Below are positions 28,040 to 38,305 of a DNA stretch of 64,000 nt, in pieces. The notes beneath the pieces are model-generated. The model ran no database searches. It worked only from the letters and a program-made list of their open reading frames with translations, and was not told the origin of the DNA. The stretch lies in the IMG/VR virus record IMGVR_UViG_3300032116_000001, positions 1 through 64,000 of that record, one strand, 5' to 3'. A program made the position numbers and the translations under genes. Numbering within the stretch: position 1 is the stretch's first letter; every line of letters begins with the position of its first letter.

Positions 28040-28306
28040 ATGAAATTCAAAGTTTGCAACATTCAACATGGCGAAGAAGATTTTTGTGTCATGGTGTCTA
28101 TTCATCAAGACCCGATCAGTGATCTGACCGTAGTGCAATGCTTGGATTATGATATTGCTTCACAAGGCAAAACCGAAGAAGCTGCGATGATTCGATTTGA
28201 GCGATGTTTTATTGTCGCTATCGAAGCCTTTGAAAAATACGGCGTGAACTTTCGAGAAAGTCTTGCTGAAGCTCCGCCCGAATACTGGAAAGGCTGCCCG
28301 ATTTAA
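28040..28306 (+). CDS. HicB-like N-terminal domain protein
   Basis: QCLDYDIASQGKTEEAA resembles the HicB xxGxTxEEA motif. Confidence 0.5.
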   Translation: MKFKVCNIQHGEEDFCVMVSIHQDPISDLTVVQCLDYDIASQGKTEEAAMIRFERCFIVAIEAFEKYGVNFRESLAEAPPEYWKGCPI

Positions 28307-28381
28307 GCTGATATGGCGCAGTGGTAGCGCATCTCCTTGGTAAGGAGAAGGCCGCGAGTTCAAATCTCGCTATCAGCTCCA
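28307..28381 (+). tRNA. tRNA-Thr (GGT)
   Basis: Canonical cloverleaf, CCA. Confidence 0.97.
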
Positions 28382-28423
28382 AAAAATCCCCCATTTTCTA
28401 AACTCTTATCGGATATATAAGAT

Positions 28424-28765
28424 ATGAGCAATTACATCAAGAAGGCAGATGAAATTTACAAAGCAATCGAAGACCTGAGCCGAAATGACGATGGAGTTGA
28501 ACGATTTAAGAAAGCCGAAGAAGATGATCTGATTGACGTTGAGGTTTATGGCAAGGACTTTCGTCACGCAAAGCATGGTGAAGGATGCTATGTTCTGCAA
28601 ATCACGATTTGCGATAAGGATTATTGCGCCGTTTGGTTCAACACTGTTGGCGGCGATTGGATTGAAATCAATCACTATGAATTTTCCGAATGGCGTCAGC
28701 TATACAAGAAGTATATTTCCAACACTTCTAATGATATTTTGGGCGATGATTTGGTGACCAATTGA
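28424..28765 (+). CDS. hypothetical protein
   Basis: Promoter motif upstream. Confidence 0.7.
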   Translation: MSNYIKKADEIYKAIEDLSRNDDGVERFKKAEEDDLIDVEVYGKDFRHAKHGEGCYVLQITICDKDYCAVWFNTVGGDWIEINHYEFSEWRQLYKKYISNTSNDILGDDLVTN

Positions 28766-28818
28766 AAATCGGGTAAAAAAATCCCCTTTTTTCATTCAAT
28801 CAGAATCATATAAGAAAT

Positions 28819-29187
28819 ATGGGTAATGATCCTGTAGTAATCAAAGTTCGGGCGTCGGCCTTTTTCGGATTTCTTTTCATGTCTGTTTTGGTGGGCATCT
28901 ATCGAGCCTTCGTACTGACTCAAATTTGGCTTTGGTTTGCCACCCCTCATGGAGCCACGCCTTTGACGATCTTCCAGGCTATTGTGATTATGCTTGTAAC
29001 CTCACTTCTGTCATATTCCAAGTCATTGTCAAATACTCAATATAAAGTCGAAGAAAAGACTGAGACTAAGCCGAATGAAAAGTTCAATGATTTTGTGAGT
29101 ATTCTTTACAGCAATCTCAACTCTTCCCTAGTGTTGATCACGTTCGTTTACATCACTTGTTTCGCCATCTACAAACTGGCCCCCTAA
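28819..29187 (+). CDS. membrane protein, paralog of 27644..27994
   Basis: Promoter motif; paralogy. Confidence 0.75.
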   Translation: MGNDPVVIKVRASAFFGFLFMSVLVGIYRAFVLTQIWLWFATPHGATPLTIFQAIVIMLVTSLLSYSKSLSNTQYKVEEKTETKPNEKFNDFVSILYSNLNSSLVLITFVYITCFAIYKLAP

Positions 29188-29235
29188 AAGATTTGTCCCC
29201 TGTAAACCAGGGGGCAAACTCCCCATAATATCACC

Positions 29236-29496
29236 ATGAATTCAGAAACCGAAAAGCAAGAAAGTATTCTTGTCGTGAAAGATCACAAGACGCTCAGAAA
29301 TCATCCCGTGCCCGTGCTGAAAGCCTGGTTGAATAGATTTGTTGAGAATGGAGATCAAGTGACAATCAAACAAGTGGACGATGACATTCTATTTACTTGT
29401 CCTAATCGATCACTTGAATTTTATGTTCTTAAACTTTGTGATGTGATCGATGAATTTGGATTTGCAAAAACACTCTTCCCCGAGGACACGATCTAA
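29236..29496 (+). CDS. hypothetical protein
   Basis: 86-aa ORF. Confidence 0.6.
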   Translation: MNSETEKQESILVVKDHKTLRNHPVPVLKAWLNRFVENGDQVTIKQVDDDILFTCPNRSLEFYVLKLCDVIDEFGFAKTLFPEDTI

Positions 29497-29540
29497 AAAA
29501 TCCCCCTTTTTTGCACGACGAAACAGATATATAAAAAGTA

Positions 29541-29735
29541 ATGGTAATTTTCAACAAAGGTGATCGAGTTCAAATCTCCGCAAAAGAATCCACTTCCGTG
29601 GATGAATGGGGTAGAATCTCCTCGACTGGAACCGTGGAAAGCAACATCCCAGACCAAAATGGCGAAATCTTAGTGCATGCTGATGGCCTTTTGGCTATGA
29701 TTAGTGTTCTGCCTACAGAATTGACGAAAATCTAA
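29541..29735 (+). CDS. small SH3-like protein
   Basis: FNKGDRVQI...GTV...ELTKI. Confidence 0.6.
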   Translation: MVIFNKGDRVQISAKESTSVDEWGRISSTGTVESNIPDQNGEILVHADGLLAMISVLPTELTKI

Positions 29736-29753
29736 AACAACGTAAAACACCTT

Positions 29754-29831
29754 GGGGGTGTAGCTTAGTTGGACTAAAGCAAACCGCTCATAACGGTTAG
29801 ATCGTGGGATCGTAGCCCACCGCCCCCACCA
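29754..29831 (+). tRNA. tRNA with CAT anticodon (Ile2 or elongator Met)
   Basis: G1-C72 paired, AACCG-CTCATAA-CGGTT, atypical T-loop ATCGTAG. Confidence 0.85.
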
Positions 29832-29873
29832 AATTTCCCCTTTTTTCACCCGATCAGAATCATATAATAGATA

Positions 29874-30353
29874 ATGAACATCTCAGTTAGAAACGCAAAG
29901 GTTGACGCACATAATTCCCAGGAAACTCTGTGCTTTTCGGCGCAAATAACCATTGATGACAAACTTGCTTTTTATGCCGAAAACAATGGCACTGGCGGAA
30001 CTAATACTTATTATCTCAACACTGATGAAGATCAATCCGCACAATTCCTTGAAGATGCAGAGGAATTTGCTAAGAATCTAACTGGAGAAAATTTTGAAGC
30101 ACTGGATTTGCTGATCGGGTCACTGGTAAGCGCATACACAACCGCGAACGAAAAGATTGACACGACCATTTTTATGATCGAAGATTCACAAGTTTACACC
30201 GTGGATTTTGGAAAGAATCTTACCCTGTTGGATATTGTAGGCTTTGTTAAAGACAATCCCAACGCAAAGGTTCTGAATATGCTGAATTTTTCAGACGCAG
30301 TTCGCGAAATCGCCCTGGCAGATTTGAAGAACCAGGATTTTTCCCAAGTTTAA
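29874..30353 (+). CDS. hypothetical phage protein
   Basis: SQETLCFSA...AENNGTGG. Confidence 0.75.
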   Translation: MNISVRNAKVDAHNSQETLCFSAQITIDDKLAFYAENNGTGGTNTYYLNTDEDQSAQFLEDAEEFAKNLTGENFEALDLLIGSLVSAYTTANEKIDTTIFMIEDSQVYTVDFGKNLTLLDIVGFVKDNPNAKVLNMLNFSDAVREIALADLKNQDFSQV

Positions 30354-30398
30354 GAGAAAAATCCCCTAAGTTTTGGAAATCAAAAGGATATATAAAAC

Positions 30399-30980
30399 AT
30401 GAACCAGCTGCTTTCGGAAGAAGAACAACAAGATCGCGCAAGCTTCTTGAAGAAACAAAAGTTATCTCAAATCAAGACAATCGCGATCATTATGGTGATC
30501 GTGTTCACTGGAATCTGGGGCACGACTAGTATCATCAAGAACCATCAAAACATGATTGCACAACAAAAAGCCGCGCAAGAACGACAAGCAAAGAAAGATC
30601 AAGAAGCTGCACGGCTCGCAGAACAATCGAAGGCTGAACAAGATTTTATCGAATCCTATAAAGGACGACTTGAAGCATGGGAGAACATTCTCGGCAATGA
30701 CAACCCCATTAAGGGCTGGCCCGTGCGCCGACGAGAATACATCATTCAAGACATTGCCAATAAAGAAGCAGAGATCACAAATATCTTGAGCAAAATTGGT
30801 TCAGCCACAACTAGGACTGAACACAATAACGGAAACACATCGCTTGCTTACAACGTAGAACAGATGAGCGAACTGCAAAGTCAACTCAAAAAGGCTGAAT
30901 ACGAGCTTTATCTACTGAATACAGAACTCCGCCGCGATGAATACTTTGAAGGACGAATCGCTGGATACGATCTAAAATGA
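30399..30980 (+). CDS. membrane-anchored coiled-coil protein
   Basis: One TM followed by a Q/E/K-rich helix. Confidence 0.75.
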   Translation: MNQLLSEEEQQDRASFLKKQKLSQIKTIAIIMVIVFTGIWGTTSIIKNHQNMIAQQKAAQERQAKKDQEAARLAEQSKAEQDFIESYKGRLEAWENILGNDNPIKGWPVRRREYIIQDIANKEAEITNILSKIGSATTRTEHNNGNTSLAYNVEQMSELQSQLKKAEYELYLLNTELRRDEYFEGRIAGYDLK

Positions 30981-31083
30981 TTAGCTTTTTCTATGTCATG
31001 TCGTTTGTAACGATCATAGCCATTGTTCTGATCGTAGCGTGGATTAAAGAAGTGATTCATCACTTCAAAAAGTAAAACAAAAT

Positions 31084-31159
31084 GCCCCAGTAGCTCAGTG
31101 GATAGAGCAGCGGCCTTCTAAGCCGTTTGTCGGAGGTTCGAGTCCTCTCTGGGGCACCA
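31084..31159 (+). tRNA. tRNA-Arg (TCT)
   Basis: Canonical cloverleaf, CCA. Confidence 0.97.
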
Positions 31160-31202
31160 AATTTTCCCCTTATTTCAAAACACTTTTATACTATATCAAA
31201 GT

Positions 31203-31913
31203 ATGAAGCTCTACACCACGCAACCAATTGAAGTGTGGAACAAACTCCAAGAACAAAAGATTCTGATCGCAGATGCGATGCTGGGAGAACACATCGATCA
31301 AGAATACGCAGAAAAGAATGGGTTTTCTATCGAAGATGATAGCTTCTATGCCGCCTATTCGTGGATGAAAGAGCAAATGGAACATCGAATTCCAGGCTAC
31401 CAAGGTAACTGGCCGTGGTGGGCATGGACGCATAAAATTGACATCCGATCAGAACGACATCTGTACCCAAAGGGAGAAGAATTTGTTATGATCGAACTCG
31501 AAATCCCCGATGAGAAAGTATTATGTTCTTGCTTCCAGGGATGGCACTCCGTTTTGAATCGACGCTATCTAGCGAAAACTATGATCGAAGAAGCCAAAGC
31601 CGATCAAGAATGGATGGAGATTACGAACATGGACACAGACCCCGAGAAACCCAAAATCTCACTCTACCAATTACGAAAGTATGCCAAGGGCGAAGAACCA
31701 TGGCCCGAAACAATCGAAGATTCCCCCGAAAAAGCACGAAAGAAGCAAGAATATAAAGAAAAGCAAAAACGAACATGGGAAAATATCTTCGACATTGAAT
31801 GGATGAAGAAATCACAGTACGAAGGCGGGGACCAGATTCAAGCCTGCTTTGAAGAACTAAACATCAACCAAGTCATCAAAGCAAAGATGTTCAAAGGGGC
31901 GCGAAAGTCATAA
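31203..31913 (+). CDS. DUF3841 domain protein
   Basis: LYTTQ...AYSWMKEQM...WPWWAW...ELEIPDEKVLCS..WHSVLN...WENIFD...IQA. Confidence 0.8.
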   Translation: MKLYTTQPIEVWNKLQEQKILIADAMLGEHIDQEYAEKNGFSIEDDSFYAAYSWMKEQMEHRIPGYQGNWPWWAWTHKIDIRSERHLYPKGEEFVMIELEIPDEKVLCSCFQGWHSVLNRRYLAKTMIEEAKADQEWMEITNMDTDPEKPKISLYQLRKYAKGEEPWPETIEDSPEKARKKQEYKEKQKRTWENIFDIEWMKKSQYEGGDQIQACFEELNINQVIKAKMFKGARKS

Positions 31914-31953
31914 AAATCCCCCTTTTGTTTACGATCAAATTCATATAATAGAT

Positions 31954-32163
31954 ATGAACGATTCAAATCGCTTTGAAGTAATCAGCTCAGGTCCATACAA
32001 TTTGAAGATTGTTGCGCAAACTATGACTGAGTGCATGGATATGATTCGACGAAACTCTGACATGGTGGACTTCTGGGCAGTTTTAGACCATTCTACGAAA
32101 ACCGTGGTCGCTTTAAGCCAGGACTGGAAAGTCTTGCCAACATTCAAACCCGCAGTAAACTAA
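31954..32163 (+). CDS. hypothetical protein
   Basis: Promoter motif upstream. Confidence 0.6.
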   Translation: MNDSNRFEVISSGPYNLKIVAQTMTECMDMIRRNSDMVDFWAVLDHSTKTVVALSQDWKVLPTFKPAVN

Positions 32164-33443
32164 TGAAAGAATCTCGATATATTTTCGCTGACGTGAGCGC
32201 GAATAATAACAAGTTTTGGAACATCAAAATTGAACCAAACTTCACGGTCGTAACTTCGTGGGGCCGAGTCGGAGATAACGCACAATCAAAGGAATTTCCC
32301 CACGGAAGCCTTGCAGACGCAGAAAAGTTCTTCGATAGGAAATGCCGCGAAAAGGAACGAAAAGGATACGTTAAGCAAAGAGTTCTGATCGGAGAATACA
32401 CCACGCAAGATAACACTTCGCTTGCGTCAGTTGCCAAACAACAAATCAACACAAATAGCCCCGAATTAGATGAACTAATTGCCTTCCTGACTAAAGCAAA
32501 CGTTCATAACATTCTAACAGCAACAGCTATGGAATACGACACTTCAAAGGGAGTTTTTACAACGCCCCTCGGAGTTGTCACGAACGATGCCATTCAAGAT
32601 GCACGAAGCATCTTGGCATCAATGGGCCTTCTTGTGCATAATCAAGATTGGAACTCCCCCGATTGGAATTCGCTCTTGTCTATGTACCTTACTGCCATCC
32701 CTCAAAAGATTGGACGCAGAAAGCCAGACCCAAGAGAACTCTTCCCGAGCCTTCAAGCTATTCAAAATCAAAGCAAAATTCTTGACGACCTGGAAGCATC
32801 ATTCCAATCTGTCGTGAGCGCACCACTGACGCAGAAAGGGGATGACACAAACACGCCACAAGTGTTTGATGTGAAATTGCATCTTGTAGACGATCAAAGC
32901 ATAATTCGACGAATCAAAAACAAATACGACTCCACACGAAAGACCATGCACGCATCATATCATCTGGGGGTGAAACGAGTCTTTTCTGTCGAAATTAACG
33001 CGATGGCAAAGGCATATGGTGATCGGGGAAAGAACGTCGGCAACGTGATGGAACTCTGGCATGGGACACGAGCGGGGAACCTTTTGAGCATCCTTAAAGG
33101 CGGACTGCAAGTCCCACCCGCATCGAGCCCTCATGTGACGGGGAGAATGTTCGGGGATGGATTGTATTTTTCAGATCAGTCCACGAAAAGCCTCAATTAT
33201 GCCTATGGAGCAGCACCAGGACAAAGAGGAGGAATTGAATCGTCCACGTTCATGTTTCTCGCAGATGTAGCAATGGGACGCCCATTTGTCCCAACGTCCT
33301 ATACACGACCGTCAAAGTACCCCGTGCAAGGACATGATTCAATATTTGCAAAAGCAGGACAATCAGGCGTACACAATAATGAAATGATCGTATACACCAC
33401 CGATCAATGCAACCTCACCTACCTGGTTGAATTCGGAAACTAA
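32163..33443 (+). CDS. WGR-domain poly(ADP-ribose) polymerase (PARP)
   Basis: WGRVG; helical regulatory domain; LWHGT, GRMFGDGLYF, KSLNY, NEMIVY (H-Y-E triad). Confidence 0.92.
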   Translation: MKESRYIFADVSANNNKFWNIKIEPNFTVVTSWGRVGDNAQSKEFPHGSLADAEKFFDRKCREKERKGYVKQRVLIGEYTTQDNTSLASVAKQQINTNSPELDELIAFLTKANVHNILTATAMEYDTSKGVFTTPLGVVTNDAIQDARSILASMGLLVHNQDWNSPDWNSLLSMYLTAIPQKIGRRKPDPRELFPSLQAIQNQSKILDDLEASFQSVVSAPLTQKGDDTNTPQVFDVKLHLVDDQSIIRRIKNKYDSTRKTMHASYHLGVKRVFSVEINAMAKAYGDRGKNVGNVMELWHGTRAGNLLSILKGGLQVPPASSPHVTGRMFGDGLYFSDQSTKSLNYAYGAAPGQRGGIESSTFMFLADVAMGRPFVPTSYTRPSKYPVQGHDSIFAKAGQSGVHNNEMIVYTTDQCNLTYLVEFGN

Positions 33444-33492
33444 AAAAATCCCCCGTTATCAAAAGGGGGATTTGATATAATAAAATACCACA

Positions 33493-33786
33493 ATGACCGT
33501 TAAACAAGCATTTGAAAAGGCCTTTGGACCAATCCCCGAAGGGGCTACTTGCCATATCGGGTGCCGCGACATGTACAAGAACATCGAAGTGGACGCTTGC
33601 TATCGCCACATTGGTGAGACGTTCTTTTTGAACGTTCATAACAAGTTTGTTAGGTTCTGCGACCATTTTGCGTTTGGACCCGACATTAGCCACCGACCCG
33701 CGTCAGCGTTCCTCGGCTTCTTTGGGGGTGAGTATGATCGTGTGGTCGAAGAATGGATCGAATCTCAAAACGAAAAGCATAACTAA
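33493..33786 (+). CDS. hypothetical protein
   Basis: Promoter-like motif upstream. Confidence 0.65.
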   Translation: MTVKQAFEKAFGPIPEGATCHIGCRDMYKNIEVDACYRHIGETFFLNVHNKFVRFCDHFAFGPDISHRPASAFLGFFGGEYDRVVEEWIESQNEKHN

Positions 33787-33831
33787 AAAAAATCCCCCTT
33801 TTTTCAAAAGGGGATTGAATATATAGAAGAG

Positions 33832-34506
33832 ATGAGCATTTCTCAATCGCAAACCAATAGCATCAAGAACATCGTAAACGAGCTTGTGAAGAAGGGGACT
33901 TCCTTCACCGCCCATGACATCACCCTGATTATGCGCGGCTCTGGCAATGACGTTACGCATAATTCCGTCAAGCCCGTTGTGCATGATTATATGCAGAGCG
34001 TAGGAAAGTATTCCAGTAAGCTGCGCACCTTCGGCCTCGCCGTGTTCGGCACGCTCGTCGCCATCCGCGCCATTGTCTATGGCCCGACTTCCACGGACAT
34101 TGCCAATTATGACCCGAATTCCATTCGGAATATTCTTGCCAATAATCAGGCACCCGTGACCTCCAACACGAATCAGCCCACGACTAGTTCTGCTCGTGGA
34201 ACTAAGACCACCAACACTCAAAACAAGGGAGTGATTAAGGTGGGTAGTGGTGGCCGTGTCCGCGTCCCGACCAAGTATGTAAACGCCCTTGGAGTGAACT
34301 GGCAAGGCAAGGAAGTTGGACCTTACGTTTACTACTCGAAAACCAGTGACGGCTTTATCGTCGCCAAGAATGACCAAGGTCAAGGATGGAAGTCCATCAC
34401 CGTCGATCAATACGGAAACGTTCTGCTCCGAACCAATCTCAACGTAAGTAACTTTACGATTGAACAAGTTGGCTCCGACAAGATTGAAATTCGCGCAAGT
34501 CAATAA
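33832..34506 (+). CDS. putative DNA-binding protein with AbrB/MraZ-like C-terminal repeats
   Basis: KVGSGGRVRVPTKY and TVDQYGNVLL. Confidence 0.5.
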   Translation: MSISQSQTNSIKNIVNELVKKGTSFTAHDITLIMRGSGNDVTHNSVKPVVHDYMQSVGKYSSKLRTFGLAVFGTLVAIRAIVYGPTSTDIANYDPNSIRNILANNQAPVTSNTNQPTTSSARGTKTTNTQNKGVIKVGSGGRVRVPTKYVNALGVNWQGKEVGPYVYYSKTSDGFIVAKNDQGQGWKSITVDQYGNVLLRTNLNVSNFTIEQVGSDKIEIRASQ

Positions 34507-34682
34507 ACTGACTTAACACAATCGGCTATAGGCGGAAGTGATTTTATCACTTCCGCTTTTCTTTTATGAACACGATTTTTTATGACTTTATATCATGATC
34601 TTTTTTATGACTTTCTATGATCGGGTGGCACGATTATAATAAAAATCCCCTTTCTTTTGTGGTCCAATCGGATATATAAATT

Positions 34683-35264
34683 GTGATTAATATCAGTAAT
34701 TTCCGCGGTCCTATCGTCCAAATCGAACTTCGCCAGGGGAGTCTTTTGGAAGCAAAAGACTTAGACATCATTGTTAATGCTGCGAACTGTAAGATGCGCG
34801 GTGGCGGAGGATTAGACGGCGCGGTTCATGATGCTGCAGGCCCTAACCTTCTTGAAAAGCTGAAAGAACTTGCCCCCTACGGCAGCCCGACTTCCCATCC
34901 CGTTGTTACAGATGGCTTTGAAACTGGATTTAAGAAAATCATTCACACTCCTGGTCCTGTGTGGGCTGATGGTGTTTCAGGCGAGCGCATTGCACTTCGG
35001 GCAACATATGATTATGCTCTTGATGCCGCTAATGCGATCTGCAAAAACAAGAATTATAAATCAGTGGGGTTTGGTTCTATTAGCACAGGAATCTTTGGAT
35101 TTCCTCTTGACCTTGCAATGCCCATCGCTCTTGGTGCCGTATCTGAATGGGTGCGGGTTGCGCAAAATGTTTATTTCAACAAAATTGTCTTTGTGATGTA
35201 CGGGGAAGAAGAATACAACAAGTATAAAACAGCTTTTGACGCTATTAAAGCGTGGAACCCGTAA
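34683..35264 (+). CDS. macrodomain ADP-ribose hydrolase (MacroD/YmdB-like)
   Basis: IVNAAN..MRGGGGLDGAVHDAAG, IIHTPGP, ISTGIFGFP. Confidence 0.92.
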   Translation: MINISNFRGPIVQIELRQGSLLEAKDLDIIVNAANCKMRGGGGLDGAVHDAAGPNLLEKLKELAPYGSPTSHPVVTDGFETGFKKIIHTPGPVWADGVSGERIALRATYDYALDAANAICKNKNYKSVGFGSISTGIFGFPLDLAMPIALGAVSEWVRVAQNVYFNKIVFVMYGEEEYNKYKTAFDAIKAWNP

Positions 35265-35412
35265 AATATCGCCAAAATCAAAAGAACTCTAATATGGGTT
35301 CTTTTGATTTTATAACGCTCTTCCATCGTGACGCATAAAAATAGAAAGTCATAAAAATCCCCGATTTTCGAGCGAAAACCTACTATAATAATTAAGGAAA
35401 ATCGAGGAAACA

Positions 35413-35961
35413 ATGAAAACCCTGAGTGAATGGAAATCTTTCCTGAAGACAAATCCCTGCATGAACTCTCGATTTGCCAAGGCACGAGAAGAATGTCCCG
35501 ATTTAATTAACAAAGAATTAAATCAATTGCCTGTCCCACCATTGGATTTGATTTTCGAGGCTGTAAGTCGTGCGTCTTGCGATCCAAACTTTGATCCTTA
35601 CGAGCCTTTCGAGGCCCTTTTGCACGAAGACCCGATGCGGCGCATGCGGGCACTTTCAGAGGTTAACATGCGCATGGATCATATTTACACTCTGGTTCAC
35701 AAAACACATTGTCGAGGATGCTTAGCGAGAGGCAATTTTGAATACATTTGGCAAATCATCAAGCATTACTGCCCCGATCACGATATTGACTGGCCCGACA
35801 TTGAATATAAAAAATTCTCATTGAGTGATTATGTTCGTGACGTAACTAAAACGCTTAATAGTCGCATGTGTTACGATATTGGCTGCATGGATTCCATGAG
35901 TGAAGATTATGGTCGAGAAGGCAAAGCGCAGCTTTTGCCACATGTGCTTGACGAGGGATAA
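35413..35961 (+). CDS. hypothetical protein
   Basis: 182-aa ORF with GAGG SD. Confidence 0.7.
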   Translation: MKTLSEWKSFLKTNPCMNSRFAKAREECPDLINKELNQLPVPPLDLIFEAVSRASCDPNFDPYEPFEALLHEDPMRRMRALSEVNMRMDHIYTLVHKTHCRGCLARGNFEYIWQIIKHYCPDHDIDWPDIEYKKFSLSDYVRDVTKTLNSRMCYDIGCMDSMSEDYGREGKAQLLPHVLDEG

Positions 35962-36002
35962 AAATCCCCTTATTTTCGAGGTTCTGATCGGATATATAAG
36001 CC

Positions 36003-36251
36003 ATGAAGTCTTGTGATTTCGAGCTTAGTGGCCAGTTATTGATCGACGAAAATCTTGCCCCCCAACACGATTTTGAAGGAAAGTGCTTTGGATTCAAGCT
36101 GCCTGATGGTCGTATTGTTCGAATGGTAATGGCCTTGGAGATTGAAAACCCAGACACGGGGAATTTCGAGTATTTTTCTGATTGTTCCAAGATGGAATCC
36201 ATCGGGATGACTCTTCTCGATTACTTTAAGTCTAATTTTACTTTGATCTGA
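36003..36251 (+). CDS. hypothetical protein
   Basis: Promoter motif upstream. Confidence 0.7.
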   Translation: MKSCDFELSGQLLIDENLAPQHDFEGKCFGFKLPDGRIVRMVMALEIENPDTGNFEYFSDCSKMESIGMTLLDYFKSNFTLI

Positions 36252-36268
36252 AGTGGAGAAGAATAAAA

Positions 36269-36658
36269 ATGTCTAAGTGGACCAAAGAAATTCCGACGGA
36301 ACCTGGGTATTATTGGTTCTACGGATGGTTTGAAAAAAACAGCTCTTACTACAAAAAAGACGGAAGTATGTATTTTGTCGAGGTTAGTAAAGCGGCAAAT
36401 TCTCTTGTCTTCGTAACGAAAGGTACGTTTCTTTATCCCACAATGGCCCTTGGACAATGGTCTAAAGCTGATGTCCCCGATGTGCCCGATCTTGGTCCGC
36501 ATTTTTATGAGGGTTGTGAAGCATTGTTGATTGAAGATCAAGAGCGCCATATAGTCGCAAAAATAGATGCCCCCACCACCCGTGTGAAAACCCACCCGAT
36601 TGGTGTTGACCCAATTCATGCGGTGTGGCGGGCAATGGATGATCTTGAATTCATCTAA
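36269..36658 (+). CDS. hypothetical phage protein (WTxExPTEPGxYW)
   Basis: Common phage N-terminal motif. Confidence 0.7.
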   Translation: MSKWTKEIPTEPGYYWFYGWFEKNSSYYKKDGSMYFVEVSKAANSLVFVTKGTFLYPTMALGQWSKADVPDVPDLGPHFYEGCEALLIEDQERHIVAKIDAPTTRVKTHPIGVDPIHAVWRAMDDLEFI

Positions 36659-36989
36659 AAATCCCCTTTCTATCGTTGCAGAAAATAATATAAAACCGAG
36701 GATACACATTTTGATTTCAAAGCAACAAGCACTTGATTATAATACGAAAGAGTCTTTATTGATGCGTTACATTGATTCAAAGATTCTTCTCTATCGCGGT
36801 CGTATATTAGAGTTTTCGGTTGAGGGTCATTCTCAAGAATTGCTTGATAAGTTGATGCCATTGTATCAAGAAAATGGGTGGGATATCAAGCAAATTAATC
36901 GAAAAAAGACAGGTGGACACAGCAAACATCGGTATTGGCGCGTAAAATAATCCCCCATTTTCCATAGCCGAAAATAATATAAAAAGAAC

Positions 36990-37065
36990 GGGTCAGTAGC
37001 TCAGCAGGTAGAGCAGCGGTCTTTTAAACCGCGGGTCGTGGGTTCGAGTCCCACCTGGCCCACCA
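36990..37065 (+). tRNA. tRNA-Lys (TTT)
   Basis: Canonical cloverleaf, CCA. Confidence 0.97.
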
Positions 37066-37081
37066 AATTTCCATCACTCTC

Positions 37082-37306
37082 ATGAACATATATTCAACCA
37101 GCGCAGAAGAAATCGTTTCGGCGATTGTCAAGCAGCAAAAGAACAAGCCGACATTTGTGCATGTTCAAGGTGATGACAGTTATGAATTTTACATGACTGA
37201 TGCCAATGTGTTCCTGTGCTACGATTGGAATATTAACAAGGAATTTAAGGTCGAAACGATTGAAGAACTGATCGACGAAATCAATCGACTCAAGTCGTAC
37301 ACCTAA
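37082..37306 (+). CDS. hypothetical protein
   Basis: 74-aa ORF. Confidence 0.6.
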   Translation: MNIYSTSAEEIVSAIVKQQKNKPTFVHVQGDDSYEFYMTDANVFLCYDWNINKEFKVETIEELIDEINRLKSYT

Positions 37307-37351
37307 TTTTCCCCCGTTTTTACACGATCAGAATCAATATATAAAGGTATC

Positions 37352-38260
37352 ATGGACGAATCGCAGATCATCTTTTATTCTGTTTTTCTGGGGTTGATTT
37401 TCTTGAGCATTGCGATTTACGCATTGTGCCAACACCTAGACAAGAAAAAGAAAGTAGAAAGAGTAGAGCTTTATTCATTTATCAAAACTGGTCTGGCACA
37501 GACGGTTGATATCAAAGTGTTTTTTTCTACAATTGAAACAATGGCTCATAAGCAGCGCTGGAGTTGTTATCAGGTATCTAGGGCGATTGCTGAAGTTACT
37601 TGCACTTCGATGCTTAATAAACCAATAGGATCAGCATTATTTTCCTGGATTGATATACCCCGCTTTGCTGTGTGGTATGCAGTAAATGTTTTTGCCAGCG
37701 AAAACACAAGAAAAATGGCATGCATCAATCCACTTACTGCAATTGACTACGCTCTATATGTTGACAAAATGCCTCACCACACAACCAGATCAGCAGCATG
37801 TAGACTAGGCGTTGTCCCGAACTATCTCGAAGCCCCATACAATACTTTTTTTGCTATTGATCGCAGCTTTGGTTACACTAATGTTGAAAAACAACATAAT
37901 TATAGTTTGCCTTGGAAGGTTTTAGTGTCATCTGGCAGGTTCGCAATAGATTATGCATTAAAGGTTGATAAATCCCCCAACGAAGAAACTAGAGAGGCGG
38001 CATGCAGGCATTTTGTAACGGCGATGGAGTATGCTATTCAGATTGATCGAGGTCCTAATGAAAAAACTCGGAAGGCCTGTTGTGAAGATGCACGCTGCGC
38101 CTTTGAATATGCTTTTAATATAGATAAGTCGGCGCATCCTGATACGTATAGATCAGTTTGCGGTTTGCAGCTCCATCACGGCCTTGTTAGGTGGAAGCAT
38201 GTTAAATTCAATGATTTAGTTAGACAATATGAAGCTTCGTTGGGTAAACCAAAGATTTAA
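37352..38260 (+). CDS. membrane-anchored helical-repeat protein
   Basis: N-terminal TM; ~25-aa repeats AxxYAxxVDKxPxxxTRxAAC x4-5. Confidence 0.75.
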   Translation: MDESQIIFYSVFLGLIFLSIAIYALCQHLDKKKKVERVELYSFIKTGLAQTVDIKVFFSTIETMAHKQRWSCYQVSRAIAEVTCTSMLNKPIGSALFSWIDIPRFAVWYAVNVFASENTRKMACINPLTAIDYALYVDKMPHHTTRSAACRLGVVPNYLEAPYNTFFAIDRSFGYTNVEKQHNYSLPWKVLVSSGRFAIDYALKVDKSPNEETREAACRHFVTAMEYAIQIDRGPNEKTRKACCEDARCAFEYAFNIDKSAHPDTYRSVCGLQLHHGLVRWKHVKFNDLVRQYEASLGKPKI

Positions 38261-38305
38261 CTTAATTTTCCCCGTTTTTGCACGATCAGAATCAATATAT
38301 AAAGT

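Noticed and set aside
30977-31075. Leader peptide for tRNA-Arg(TCT)
   Set aside because: The small ORF MISFFYVMSFVTIIAIVLIVAWIKEVIHHFKK has no Arg codons and no terminator before the tRNA; it is likely a membrane peptide.
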